Below, piece by piece: positions 11,370-28,930 of a stretch of DNA of 64,000 bases (positions within the stretch are counted from its first letter, which is position 1; each line of letters opens with the position of its first letter). Position numbers and translations under genes: made by a program. This DNA comes from Macrostomum lignano (taxonomy: Eukaryota): NCBI GenBank assembly GCA_002269645.1, contig NIVC01001361.1, forward strand, positions 186,001 through 250,000, read 5' to 3'. Under the pieces are notes generated by a model that made no database searches, was not told where the DNA came from, and saw only the letters and a list, made by a program, of their open reading frames with translations.

Positions 11370-14300
11370 CCCGGTTGAAAAAAATACTGGATTAGCCCAT
11401 TGAAATTGGCCCGCTCATCGGCCACTTCGTGTCAGAAAAGCCCGCTCTAAAAGCCCGCTCATTTTTCCAAATCAACGAGTCTCTCAAATCGGCCCGTTCC
11501 ACGGCCCGCTTCTGGGCCCGCTGGCTGGCCCGCTCACTGGCCCGTTCTAAACCGGCCCGCTGGCTGGCCCGTTGTTTGGCCCGCTGGCTGGCCCGTTGGT
11601 TGGCCCGCTCACTGGCCCACTCATTGACCCGTTCTAAACCGGCCTGCTGGCTGGCCCGCTGATTGGCCCCCTCATTGGCCCGTTCTAAACCGGCCCGCTG
11701 GTTGGCCCGTTGGTTGGCCCGCTGATTGGCCCGTTCTTAACCGGCCCGCTGGTTGGCCCGTTGGTTGGCCCGCTCATTGGCCCACTCATTGACCCGTTGT
11801 AAACCGGCCTGCTGGCTGGCCCGCTCATTGGCCCGTTCTAAACCAGCCCGCTCATTGGCCCGTTCTAAACCGGCCCGCTCTTTGGCCCGTTCTAAACCGG
11901 CCCGCTGGCTGGCCCGTTGGTTGGCCCGCTGGTTGGCCCGTTCTAAACCGGCCCGCTGGTTGGCCCGTTGGTTGGCCCGCTGGCTGGCCCGCTCACTGGC
12001 CCGTTCTAAACCGGCCCGCTGGCTGGCCCGTTGTTTGGCCCGCTGGCTGGCCCGTTGGTTGGCCTGCTCACTGGCCCACTCATTGACCCGTTCTAAACCG
12101 GCCTGCTGGCTGGCCCGCTGATTGGCCCCCTCATTGGCCCGTTCTAAACCGGCCCGCTGGTTGGCCCGTTGGTTGGCCCGCTGATTGGCCCGTTCTTAAC
12201 CGGCCCGCTGGTTGGCCCGTTGGTTGGCCCGCTCATTGGCCCACTCATTGACCCGTTGTAAACCGGCCTGCTGGCTGGCCCGCTCATTGGCCCGTTCTAA
12301 ACCAGCCCGCTCATTGGCCCGTTCTAAACCGGCCCGCTGGTTGGCCCGTTCTAAACCGGCCCTCTGGTTGGCCCGCTGAACGAACAAAAAAAATAAGTAA
12401 AGAAGCAAAATAAGCATGAGATTTCTAAGTCAGACCGATGAGCCGTACAATTAGCTTTTTTATAAAAACCGGGAACATACATCATCGGATCTGGTAAAAA
12501 CAAAGAGATGTTAAGGTTAAAATTGAATACTAGTATTTTTTCATGGTGGCACGAATAGCTAAAAGAGCTAATATAGCTAATAGAGCTAAAAGAGCTAATA
12601 TATAAAAGAGCAACCCTAGCCGGCACTGTTCAATTAACTGTCTGATTTGCAATTTAAAGTCGGTGGTATAAAACTTGGATACGCCGGCCGGCGACAGTTC
12701 CTTGTTACAATAAGTGCAATTTTCACGGTTCTGAGCCTGTGCTGACGTGACCTCAGCACTACAGGAGGAACAGAACAGTCGGGGTGGCGATGTAAAGTCG
12801 TTCGCGAATGCCTGGACTGTTTTCCGTAGTAAATATACACTACCAGGCAGGTTGCTACCGACTGGCACAGCTGCATGGAAGAGGCGAAGCAGGTCAGCTA
12901 TGCCTTTCCTTGGCAGAGACTGGCGCTCGCTGAACAAATGCACATAGGCCGCAAACGAATCGTAGGTCAACGGAGAGTCTAGGAAAAGTGCGGCTCCATT
13001 TCTCCTACGCGGCTGCATATCCATAGCTTCTGGGTTATGGGTGGCTCCATTGCCAACACACGGTACATCCTCATCCTCTGGTGGGCGGTCATCTTCAGTG
13101 AAGTCCTCACAATCGTCGCACTGCTCGATGGCGTCCAACGCCATTGGAGCGCCACTCCAATAGTCGTCATCTGGAGCTTCTTCGCCTGGTTCCTCAACGA
13201 TAGATCTAGAAGATACGTCCTCATCGTCGTTGTCTGAATACTGCGAGCCGGTAGGCTCGACGACCATGGGAGTCTGGACGCCACTGCTACATCCACCTGT
13301 TGCCAATGCTGGCTGCCAGCTGCTGCCAACACTGGCTACACTGTTGCTTGTTTGCGCGTCATGAGTGGTTGGTACGTCATGAGTGGTCCGAGTTGCAGTT
13401 AGTAAATGGCTCACTGAAGCTTCTGCTCGTGTCGGACGGGCTGTCGCCGCAACTGTCTGTCTGAGTGATTCTTTGAGTCGACTGAAGCGCCGTGCGATGG
13501 CAACTGACTTCTTGTCGAGCTCTTTTAGTCGTTCAAGTGACTGAAAATGAAGAAATTGAATACCTGTGTGACTAGGAGAGAATCCGTACTAAAATTGTTA
13601 ATTAACAAATACCATCATTCTACTATCAGTTTAAATCAGTTTGCTATCTTAGCCCAAGAGCCAACAAAGGGCGAAGCAATGGTTTCACACTAAACTGGGT
13701 GATATCTGAAGTACATACGTCACAACGTAGCGCGATATACAAATTGCTGTGGGCGTATAAGGCGATAAAAATAAATAAAATTGACACACTCATTGTACAT
13801 GTCATCATGAAATTTTGTATGCACAGTTTATTGGACAGCATTAGTGCTCTACAAATCAAATAATTGCCCGAGCGCCAAGACACCGCAAAAGTTTACACGT
13901 ACAAGTTTATACACCATTTGATAAGATTATCACGTTCACAACAAGTCAGCGGGCCGGTTTAGAACGGACCATTGAGCGGGCCAACCAGCGGGCCAACCAG
14001 CGGGCCGGTTTAGAACGGGCCAACCAGCGGGCCAACCAGCGGGCCAACCAGCGGGCCGGTTTAGAACGGGCCAACCAGCGGGCCAACCAGCGGGCCAACT
14101 AGTGGGCCGAGCAGCGGGCCGGTTTAGATCGGGCCAGTGAGCGGGCCAACCAGCGGGCCGTGCAGCGGGCCGGTTTAGAACGGACCATTGAGCGGGCCAA
14201 CCAGCGGGCCAACCAGCGGGCCAACCAGCGGGCCGGTTTAGAACGGGCCAGTGAGCGGGCCAACCAGCGGGCCAACCAGCGGGCCGGTTTAGAACGGGCC

Positions 14301-14721
14301 AACCAGCGGGCCAGTGAGCGGGCCAACTAGTGGGCCGAGCAGCTGGCCGGTTTAGAACGGGCCATTGAGCGGGCCAACCAACGGGCCAACCAGCGGGCCG
14401 GTTTAGAACGGGCCAATCAGCGGGCCAACCAGTGGGCCGCGCAGCGGGCCGGTTTAGAACGGGCCAGTGAGCGGGCCAACCAGCGGGCTAATCAGCGGGC
14501 CGATCTGCGGATCGGTTTCGAGCGGGCCATTAGCGGGCTAATCAGCGGGCTTCAGAGCAGGCCGAGTTTCAGCGGGCCAATTTGTTGTAAAAGGCCTGTA
14601 ATACGGGCCGATTCGCTTCGGCCCGCTAATGGCCCGCTCAAAAGCCCACTGAGGCCCGCTAAGTTTTTCAACCGGGGTCAGAGTGTCTGCCTGTCTGTCT
14701 GTCTATCTGTCTGTCTGTCTC

Positions 14722-14772
<51 letters not shown>

Positions 14773-17700
14773 GTCTGTCTGTCTGTCTGTCTGTCATTGC
14801 TATCGGCCACCCCTTCCGCACACGCCCAGGTCCCCATAGTGGTAGTGCGGCCACAGTCGCATCACGCGCAGCCGCAGCCGGCCATGCAGTCAGAGGAGTC
14901 CCAAGCCGCAGCCGAGCACATTGAGCAGGTTTGCCAGCTGGACTCCGAGCTGGATAGGCTGGTCCAGCAGTGGGCTCCCAGCATGGACCCGCAGGTGTGG
15001 TGGGGCCTGGTCCAACGCCCCCGGCTCGACCTGCTGCACAGGTGCGCCGACGCCCTGCGGGCAGGTGCCGGCTGGCAGGAATCGAACTCAGGCCCGCAGC
15101 CGGCCCTAGACCAGAGAATGTGGCGCTCAGGGTTTCACGCCATTGTTGAACAGCTACGCCAGATGTCCGGGCCGGATCAGCCGGAGAGACTGGCCGAGCG
15201 TGGCCGGGAACTGGCGCTGGACATGATCGAGTCTGGCTGGCAATTTCTGCAACAACTTGCTGACCAGTTGGCCGCCGAGCACGAACTGCCGGTTGAGCTG
15301 CCGCTCCGCATCGGCTTCCTGCCGCCTGCGGTGAGGTGCACCCGCTGGCAGCGGCTCGGCCTGCTGCTCATCCAGCGGCTCTACCTCAACATTGGCGATT
15401 TGCTCCGCTACAGAGAGGTCTTCTCCGGTGGCGCCGACTATAGCGAAGCTAGAAGGTGAGCTGGGTGCTCCTGTGAATTATTCTACGAAATAAATGTATT
15501 TTAGTTTGAAAGTAAAATCGTTGAGTTCATTTTTCTAAGAATTTGTTTTCAATTTTATGAGTGTTAGTGTAAAAGATTCTTAGAATGAATTATCGTACGA
15601 GTGTTTCTAAGAAATGAATTGTTATCATGGGAATGTTTCTAAGAAATATCGTATGAAAATGTTTCTAAGAAATATCGTATGGAAATGTTTCTAAGAAATA
15701 TCGTATGGAAATGTTTCTAAGAAATATCGTATGAAAATGTTTCTAAGAAATATCGTATGGAAATGTTTCTAAGAAATATCGTATGGAAATGTTTCTAAGA
15801 AATATCGTATGGAAATGTTTCTAAGAAATATCGTGTGAAAATGTTTCTAAGAAATATCGTATGGAAATGTTTCTAAGAAATATCGTGTGGAAATGTTTCC
15901 AAGAAATATCGTATGAAAATGTTTCTAAGAAATATCGTATGGAAATGTTTCTAAGAAATATTTATTATCGTAGGAATGTTTTAAGAAGTATAATTGTAAA
16001 AAAATTATAAGAAAAATCTTAGAAATGTTTCTAAGCCAATTTTGTGAGTGTCCCTTGGCAACGCTCAGGTGAATGATTCAAGGTAATCCCATATACTAAA
16101 AATTGATTCTAGAAATGATTATTTCTCTTCTTCTTCAACTCTCTTCCCTCTTCAACCCTCTTCAACTTACCCAGCTGGTACTTGAAGGCTGTAGCGCTGG
16201 AGCCCAAGAATGGTCGGACCTACCATCAGCTGGCTGTGCTGGCTAATGCAACAGTGAGTTTTCTTTAATTCATTGACTTTTTTTGAGTTCCAATTATGCC
16301 ATAAAGTCATCACTTTAGATGACTTTCTATGAGATCAATCAATTAGAATTTGAATCTTCTTTATGCTAAGAATTTTCATCCGCTAATCAATAATCGCTTC
16401 CCTTGAAAGAGTCGCGGAACTGCCCTGTCCCTGAGAGGAATTAAGTTCTCACCTTAAGAATTTTCATACCTGAACTATCACCTCACCTGAAGAATCGCCC
16501 CACCTGAAGCACCGCCCCAACTGAAGCACCGCCCCAACTGAAGCACCGCCTCATCTGAAGCACCGCCCTACCTGAAGAACTCCCTCCCCTACCCGAAGAA
16601 TCGCCCCACCTGAAGAACCGCTCCACCTGAAGAACCGCCCCACCTGAAGAACCGCCCCACCTGAAGAACCGCCCCACCTGAAGAACCGCCCCACCTGAAG
16701 AACCGCCCCACCTGAAGCACCGCCCCACCTGAAGAACCCCCCCACCGCCGCCCCGGCAGAAGCGCCGGCTAGACGCGGTGTACTACTACATGCGGTCGCT
16801 GGCCGCCAGCCACCCGGTGGACCTGTCCCGCCAGTACCTGGCCCAGCTATTTGAAGAGGCCAGACGCCGCGCCGAGGCGGCCTGGCGGCAGAGAGAAGCG
16901 GAGCGCAGCAAGCGTCAGCGGGCGAAGAACGCCGGCTCTTCCGGGCCGTCGCTCAGCAGCGGCGGCCTCCGGGCGCTTCAACAGCCGAACCGGCGCTGCC
17001 GCGTCGAAGTCTGGGTGCCGGTGTCCGGCGCCGGCCGCCAGCTCAGCTCCGGCCTGCTCAACTCTGACGAAGAGGACGTCGAACAAGAGGAGGACCTGGA
17101 CCAGCTGTCCTTCATTGAGATCAATACGGCATTCACGGCCAGCTACCTGCACTGCCACGGCAAGCTGTTCACCCGCATCGGCATGGAGAGCTTCCAGGAG
17201 GCCTGCTCGCAGACTCTGCTTGAGCTGGCAGCCTGGCTGCGCCACGAGCCGCCGGCTGAGCGGCTGCTTCAACTGGCGGCCGGCTGCGTGTTCTCCGCAA
17301 GCTGGGCCGCCCGCCAGGGACCGCCGGGAGCGGCCCAGTACAGATCTGTGCAGTTGGAGAGCGCCGTTCGGCTGGCGCTGGACTTTGCCGCCGTGCTGGC
17401 TAGGCACTGCCGGCACCTGCTGGCTGTGAGTTTGCACCGGGGTCACGGCCTGTCACACAGCCTGTCACACAGATTACTGCAATCTATCACACAGCCTGTC
17501 ACACAGATTACTGCAATCTATCACACAGATTACTCTAATCTATCACACAGCCTGTCACACAGATTACTGCAATCTATCACACAGCCTGTCACACAGATTA
17601 CTGCAATCTATCACACAGCCTGTCACACAGACTACTGCAATCTATCACACAGCCTGTCACACAGATTACTCCAATCTATCACACAGCCTGTCACACGCCC

Positions 17701-20700
17701 TGTCACACAGCCCGTCACAAGGCATGCCTGGTGGAAATTCTAATTAAGCCAATAGTTCAGCAAATTAGAATCGAATCGGACTGGTATCGCAGCCCAATAA
17801 GGATACTATGAGTAGGCATCTATGCGCGCATCTGTTGTTAAATACGTTACCCACCGCCGCCCTTCCCCCCAACCGGCAGGAACACGTCAAGCACGGCGGC
17901 TGCCTTCCCCTGCCGGAGCCCACCCGGGCGCTGCTGTCCTCGCTGAAGCTGCTGCTGGACTGGATGGAGGTGTCCCCGGAGGCGTGGAACCCGCCGCCGT
18001 TGCAGCGTGACCCGCACCTGCAGCCTCAGCTGGACGTCTGGGAGGACCTGGCCAGCCTGTTCACCGACTGCGCTCGATTCTCCAACCGGCCGGAGGTTCG
18101 CCGCCAGCTGTTGGACTTTGAGGAGTCCAAGAAGCCGCCGATCTCGCCGCCGGGCAGCTGCCGGCTGCACGTGATCCTTCAGGAGGACGTCTTCGCCAAC
18201 GGCTTCACCCCCATGCTCAACCGGACCCCCATTTTTTACGTCGCCAAGCAGGCGCCGGCGGAGCTGTCGGCGGTGACGGACGCGCCCGAAGCCTGGTCGG
18301 TGCGCGAACGCCTGCTGGAGGACTCGGTCAGGCTGGACGCCTGCGCCGTGTTCGCCGACTATCTGTGCGGCCTGGAGCCGCCCCTGCTCGGCTACAGCAT
18401 GGAGGCCGGCGGTGCCTACTTCAGCCAGCAGCTCGACAAGCTGGCCTCCGAGCGGATGGAAGATTGCCAACAGCCGCAGCCGCAACCGCCGTCGCTGGAG
18501 TTTGCCGAGGCCGGCATCCAGGATGAGCCGGATGAATCCGGCGCCGCTTCGGCCGACGACGAGCTGGCCGCGTCGGCGGCTGCTGACGGCATTCGGGAGC
18601 TGCGTCTGCGCAAGCAGGAACTGCGACGGGCCCTGGACGAGCAGCAGGAGCGCCAGCGGGCTTATAAGGTAATTGGACTGTCTGTCACGTGATCTGCCTA
18701 TCTGGCTAGACACTGTCACCTGATCATTTGTGTTAGTAGCCGTCACGTGGCCAGTCTCAGTAGCCGTCACGTGACAGTCTCAGTAGCCGTCACGTGGCCA
18801 GTCTCAGTAGCCGTCCCGTGACTAGTCTTAATAGCCGTCACGTGACCAGTCTCAGTAGCCGTCACGTGACAGTCTCAGTAGCCGTCACGTGGCCAGTCTC
18901 AGTAGCCGTCACGTGACTAGTCTTAATAGCCGTCACGTGACCAGTCTCAGTAGCCGTCACGTGACCAGTCTCAGTAGCCGTCACGTTACCATTCTTAGTA
19001 ATCGTCACGTGACCAGGCTCAGTAGCCGTCACGTGACTAGTCTTAATAGCCGTCACGTGACCAGTCTCAGTAGCCGTCACGTGACCAGTCTCAGTAGCCG
19101 TCACGTTACCAGTCTCAGTAATCGTCACGTGACCAGTCTCAGTAGCCGTCACGTGACCAGTCTCAGTAATCGTCACGTGACCAGTCTCAGTAGCCGTCAC
19201 GTGACCAGTCTCAGTAGCCGTCACGTGACTTGTCATCCCCTCAAATCAACCCCGCCTCCCCCCGCCTTCAGTCCGCCCTGGAGTCGTCCGGCCAGCGCTA
19301 CATGGAGCTGGAGATTGTGCCGATCAACCTGCTGCCGGACACCAATTGCTACATTCACTACCTGGGCGAGATACGCAGCCTACTAGCCATGGGCAAGCAC
19401 AATCTGATTCTGCCAATTGTAGTGCTCAACGAATTGGATCACCTGGCTAAGCACGGCGACTCGAGCGAGCACGCTGGCTACGTTGCCAGCCAGGCTCGAG
19501 CCGCGGTTGCTATGCTGGAGGAGGCATTCGAGTCCAAGGCAGGCGGAGCAGCCAGGCGCCGGGTCAAAGCGGTCACGGCCAAGGGCAGCACGTTGGACAC
19601 CATCGCTTTCCGGTCCGAGGTGATCGGCCGGCCGGCTAAGAACGACGACCTCATTCTGTCCTGCTGCATGAACCACTGCCAGGACAAGGCTAGCGCCTTT
19701 ATGCCTAAGGATAAGGGTGAGTGCGTCCCGTCTGCTGAGGGCTGACCGTCATGTGTCACGGACCTGGGGTTCCAGTCGGCTGGGAGTTGAAGGGTTGGAT
19801 GAGGCTGGGAGATGAAGGGTTGGGTGAGGCTGGGAGATGAAGGGTTGGATGAGGCTGGGAGATGAAGGGTTCCAGTCGGCTGGGAAATGAAGGGTTGGAT
19901 GAGGCTTGGAGATGAAGGGTTGGGTGAGGCTGGGAGATGAAGGGTTGGATGAGGCTGGGAGATGAAGGGTTCCAGTCGGCTGGGAAATGAAGGGTTGGAT
20001 GAGGCTTGGAGATGAAGGGTTGGGTGAGGCTGGGAGATGAAGGGTTGGATGAGGCTGGGAGATGAAGGGTTGGGTGAGGCTGGGAGATGAAGGATTGGGT
20101 GAGGCTGAGAGATGAAGGGTTGGGTGAGGCTGAGAGATGAAGGGTTGGGTGAGGCTGGGAGATGGAGGGTTGGATGAGGCTGGGAGATGAAGGGTTGGGT
20201 GAGGCTGGGAGATGGAGGGTTGGGTGAGGCTGGGAGATGGAGGGTTGGGTGAGGCTGGGAGATGGAGGGTTGGATGAGGCTGGGAGATGAAGGGTTGGGT
20301 GAGGCTGGGAGATGAAGGGTTGGATGAGGCTGGGAGATGAAGGGTTGGGTGAGGCAGGGAGATGAAGGATTGGGTGAGGCTGAGAGATGAAGGGTTGGGT
20401 GAGGCTGAGAGATGAAGGGTTGGGTGAGGCTGGGAGATGGAGGGTTGGATGAGGCTGGGAGATGAAGGGTTGGGTGAGGCTGGGAGATGGAGGGTTGGGT
20501 GAGGCTGGGAGATGGAGGGTTGGGTGAGGCTGGGAGATGGAGGGTTGGATGAGGCTGGGAGATGAAGGGTTGGGTGAGGCTGGGAGATGAAGGGTTGGGT
20601 GAGGCTGGGAGATGAAGGGTTGGATGAGGCTGGGAGATGGAGGGTTGGATGAGGCTGGGAGATGGAGGGTTGGATGAGGCTGGGAGATGGAGGGTTGGAT

Positions 20701-21548
20701 GAGGCTGGGAGATGGAGGGTTGGATGAGGCTGGGAGATGGAGGGTTGGATGAGGCTGGGAGATGAAGGGTTGGATGAGGCTGGGAGATGAAGGGTTGGAT
20801 GAGGCTGGGAGATGAAGGGTTGGGTGAGGCTGGGAGATGAAGGGTTGGGTGAGGCTGGGAGATGAAGGGTTGGGTGAGGCTGGGAGATGGAGGGTTGGAT
20901 GAGGCTGGGAGATGGAGGGTTGGATGAGGCTGGGAGATGGAGGGTTGGATGAGGCTGGGAGATGGAGGGTTGGATGAGGCTGAGAGAGGGAGGATTGGAT
21001 GAGGCTGGGAGATGGAGGGTTGGATGAGGCTGAGAGAGGGAGGATTGGATGAGGCTGAGAGATGGAGGGTTGGATGAGGCTGGGAGATGGAGGGTTGGAT
21101 GAGGCTGAGAGATGGAGGTTGGATGAGGCTGGGAGATGGAGGGTTGGATGAGGCTGAGAGATGGAGGGTTGGATGAGGCTGGGAGATGGAGGGTTGGATG
21201 AGGCTGAGAGATGGAGGGTTGGATGAGGCTGTGAGATAAAAGAGTTGGATGAGGCTGGAAGATAAATGTTTGGATGAGGCTGGGAGATGAAGACTTGGAT
21301 GAGCCTAGGAGATGCAGGCTTTGATGAGGCTGGGAGATAAAGGGCCTCCAGACGAATGCAGCAAACTTATATAAATAGTATTTGCCCACCTACTCGTGCC
21401 CACAGACCAGCCCGTCAGGCTGCACAGGGACATTGTGCTGCTGACCAGCGACAGGAACCTCCGGCTGAAGGCCATCGGGTCGAACATTCCCGCAAAGACA
21501 GTGCCGGCCTTCTTCAAGTGGTCCGGCCTGCCCATGTGCCGGAATTGA
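6888..21548 (+). CDS. SMG6: SMG6/EST1A NMD endonuclease, ~1294 aa. Exons 6888-8024, 14830-15455, 16175-16253, 16760-17425, 17880-18668, 19272-19716, 21406-21548
   Basis: TPR/EST1 motifs [50 protein letters not shown] and [15 protein letters not shown] are present. The C-terminal PIN domain has PDTNC, VLNELD, KNDDLIL and [12 protein letters not shown], so the catalytic acidic residues are retained. All six introns are GT-AG and the summed length of 3885 nt is an open frame. Confidence 0.95.
8147..8219 (-). pseudogene. Degenerate tRNA-like sequence (Val-CAC-like loop); tRNA pseudogene or SINE head, in SMG6 intron 1
   Basis: The minus strand has A-box TAGCCTAGTGG, loop CT-CAC-GA and B-box GGTTCGAATCC at tRNA spacing. 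Acceptor and T stems pair poorly in canonical register. Confidence 0.5.
8712..9098 (-). pseudogene. dut: Intronless dUTPase remnant with a frameshift and a nonsense codon, nested antisense in SMG6 intron 1
   Basis: Motif [14 protein letters not shown], motif [12 protein letters not shown] and motif [13 protein letters not shown] are in frame. Motif IV reads RIA*LIL (TAG at 8787-8785) in a shifted frame. Motif V (RGxGGFGSTG) was not found. Confidence 0.85.
9682..10781. repeat. 56-bp tandem repeat, ~19-20 near-identical copies with occasional 54-bp variants
   Basis: Unit TTTGCACCCTTGTCTTGTTAATCGGATTGGACCGGATCGGACACACCGGAGACTAG; no unique spacers. Confidence 0.95.
11168..11369. repeat. (TCTG)n microsatellite, split by the CACTA element and continuing at 14683-14795
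   Basis: Direct reading on both flanks of the element. Confidence 0.9.
11370..14676 (-). mobile_element. CACTA/EnSpm-superfamily DNA transposon, internally deleted (3307 bp), in SMG6 intron 1
   Basis: TIR CCCGGTTGAAAAA at 11370-11382 with its reverse complement ending at 14676. A 3-bp TSD GTC lies at 11367-11369 and 14677-14679. Inverted subterminal arrays of GGCCCG motifs lie at ~11410-12380 and ~13945-14660, and there is an internal transposase-like ORF. Confidence 0.85.
12530..13540 (-). pseudogene. N-terminal part of an EnSpm/CACTA-like transposase (acidic region plus CxxC...CxxC); catalytic region missing
   Basis: The ORF contains [10 protein letters not shown]...FCSSC...NCTYC...[15 protein letters not shown], which resembles my recollection of animal EnSpm transposase N-termini. 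A splice acceptor (ttttcag) sits at 13543-13541. The ORF ends in short repeats with no DDE region. Confidence 0.6.
15600..15962. repeat. 26-bp minisatellite in SMG6 intron 2
   Basis: Unit GAAATATCGTATGGAAATGTTTCTAA. Confidence 0.9.
16480..16745. repeat. 18-bp minisatellite in SMG6 intron 3
   Basis: Unit CACCTGAAGAACCGCCCC. Confidence 0.9.
17448..17720. repeat. Degenerate ~34-bp minisatellite in SMG6 intron 4
   Basis: Unit approximately ACACAGCCTGTCACACAGATTACTGCAATCTATC. Confidence 0.85.
18735..19230. repeat. 24-bp minisatellite in SMG6 intron 5
   Basis: Unit GTCACGTGACCAGTCTCAGTAGCC, which contains the palindrome GTCACGTGAC. Confidence 0.92.
19775..21340. repeat. 25-bp purine-rich minisatellite in SMG6 intron 6
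   Basis: Unit GGGTTGGATGAGGCTGGGAGATGAA. Confidence 0.93.
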
Positions 21549-22004
21549 CCTTCAGCTGTCCATCAGCCGAGCGCAGGCTAGTCGCGTAATCTTTGAAAGT
21601 ACAAAGTGTACTTACTATGCTAATATCTGATGTCACATCTGCCTATATAATTAGTTAAATAAGCACTTTCTCTCATTGTAAATTTATCTATGTATACGAG
21701 TTTTAATTTTCTTTTTGCCTTAATTTTTCAAATTTCCCTCCGACGCGATATTATTTATACTGCCCTAATGCATTGCAGTGCATTTTGTGTATAATATACT
21801 GAAAATATAATATAAAATAAACTGCTTGCGATGTGTATGAAGCATTCGTTTCGCGATTCCTGCACTCTCTTCAATTCCTACGAGTAATTAAATAAATGCT
21901 CTGGTTCTTTGCTCTTGCTGCCTTCCTTACTTCACTGGCCGCCTTCTAGAAGTAGCACCATTGACCTTTGTTTTGCTTTTGCTTTTAATGTAGACAGATA
22001 TTTG

Positions 22005-22530
22005 CGCTACATCGGCAATCTACCAATCCTGGTACATAAGAATTAGATAACAACGCTACATATCGGCAATCTACCAATCCTGGTACATAAGAATTAGATA
22101 ACAACGCTACATATCGGCAATCCACCAATCCTGGTACATAAGAATTGGATAACAACGCTACATATCGGCAATCTACCAATCCTGGTACATAAGAATTAGA
22201 TAACAACGCTACATATCGGCAATCTACCAATCCTGGTACATAAGAATTAGATAACTACGCTACATATCGGCAATCCACCAATCCTGGTACATAGAAATTA
22301 GATAACTACGCTACATATCGGCAATCTACCAATCCTGGGGACATAAGAATTAGATAACTACGCTACACATCGGCAATCCACCAATCCTGGTACATAGAAA
22401 TTAAATGACTACGCTACATATCGGCAATCTAATAATCCTGGTACATAAGAATTAGATAACTACGCTACATATCGGCAATCTACCAATCCTGGTACATAAG
22501 AATTAGATAACTACGCTACATATCGGCAAT
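22005..22530. repeat. 51-bp minisatellite, ~10 copies
   Basis: Unit CGCTACATATCGGCAATCTACCAATCCTGGTACATAAGAATTAGATAACAA. Confidence 0.92.
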
Positions 22531-22927
22531 GGATCGAATCTGCTAATGTAGAAAGATATTTTTACTCGTACGAGCTACCTCTACGCATCGAAAGATGGTC
22601 CTTGCTCTGGGTAGTGTAAAATTAGATGACTAGATGTACGCTACATATCGGCAATATCTGTTTATTTTATGTCGTCGTACATTTACGTGCAAGCAGATAG
22701 GTATCTACTTCTTCTACTAAATAGAAGACGGCATGTATCCAGCGCTTCTCTCTTCTATCCCCTTTCCCTGTCCCTCTGCTCTGCTCTGCTTCTGCCGGAA
22801 AGCTGCCGCATGAAGCTTGTATCGAGTCTGGAATTCGTTTTGAGCACTCTGTTCGATAACTGCACAACAGCTCTTCTTTCAACAGCAATTACCCTGACTC
22901 ATCTTGACGCCACTTGAGCTGAAATCG

Positions 22928-23200
22928 ACTAGAACTCGAATTAGCGCTACTAGAACTCGAATTAGCGCTACTAGAACCCGAATTAGCGCTACTAGAACTC
23001 GAATTAGCGCTACTAGAACTCGAATTAGCGCTACTAGAACTCGAATTAGCGCTACTAGAACTCGAATTAGCGCTACTAGAGCTCGAATTAGCGCTACTAG
23101 AACTCGAATTAGCGCTACTAGAACCCGAATTAGCGCTACTAGAACTCGAATTAGCGCTACTAGAACTCGAATTAGCGCTAGAATTAGAGCTAGAACTCAA
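22928..23200. repeat. 21-bp minisatellite
   Basis: Unit CTAGAACTCGAATTAGCGCTA. Confidence 0.92.
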
Positions 23201-23463
23201 ATCAAATTTAAAAACTCAGAGAATTTGACACCAAAGTATTAGATTGTATTTTTGATGATCAGAAAGAATGTCAGGGATAGGGTCAGATTGTCAGACAGAT
23301 TTTCAGCTAAACTGTGCGGCTTGGCAACAATTGAAGTATTTAATAAACAACATAGAAAATTTCAAAAACAAAGTTTTAAACAAAAATTTTCTGACCATTT
23401 TTTCGCTAGCTTTAATCTCAGCCTAATCGTTGTCTTTTTTGTCCTCCTTGTTGTTAAATCGGC

Positions 23464-28281
<4,818 letters not shown>

Positions 28282-28319
28282 CAGATTAGCGGTAGCAAAT
28301 CTCTGCGGGATGGTGTAGT

Positions 28320-28930
28320 ATCCCGGTTGCTGTACTGTGCATCCCGGTTGCTGTACTGTGCATCCCGGTTGTTGTACTGTGCATCCCGGCTGCTGTACTG
28401 GGCATCCCGGTTGTTGTACTGTGCATCCCGGTTGTTGTACTGTGCATCCCGGTTGTTGTACTGTGCATCCCGGTTGCTGTGCTGGGCATCCCGGTTGCTG
28501 TACTGAGCATCCCGGTTGCTGTACTGAGCATCCCGGTTGCTGTACTGTGCATCCCGGTTGTTGTACTGTGCATCCCGGTTGCTGTACTGGGCATCCCGGT
28601 TGCTGTACTGTGCATCCCGGTTGCTGTACTGTGCATCCCGGTTGTTGTACTGTGCATCCCGGTTGTTGTACTGTGCATCCCGGTTGTTGTACTGTGCATC
28701 CCGGTTGCTGTGCTGGGCATCCCGGTTGCTGTACTGAGTATCCCGGTTGCTGTACTGTGCATCCCGGTTGTTGTACTGTGCATCCCGGTTGCTGTACTGG
28801 GCATCCCGGTTGCTGTACTGTGCATCCCGGTTGCTGTACTGTGCATCCCGGTTGTTGTACTGTGCATCCCGGTTGTTGTACTGTGCATCCCGGTTGCTGT
28901 ACTGGGCATCCCGGTTGCTGTACTGGGTAT
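28320..28930. repeat. 21-bp minisatellite upstream of DOK-like exon 1
   Basis: Unit TCCCGGTTGCTGTACTGTGCA. Confidence 0.93.

Noticed and set aside
19749-21389. 546-aa S/P/H-rich ORF, and similar ORFs at 6190-6843, 60057-61239, 61647-62193 and 62302-63256
   Set aside because: They are translations of intronic or intergenic minisatellites.
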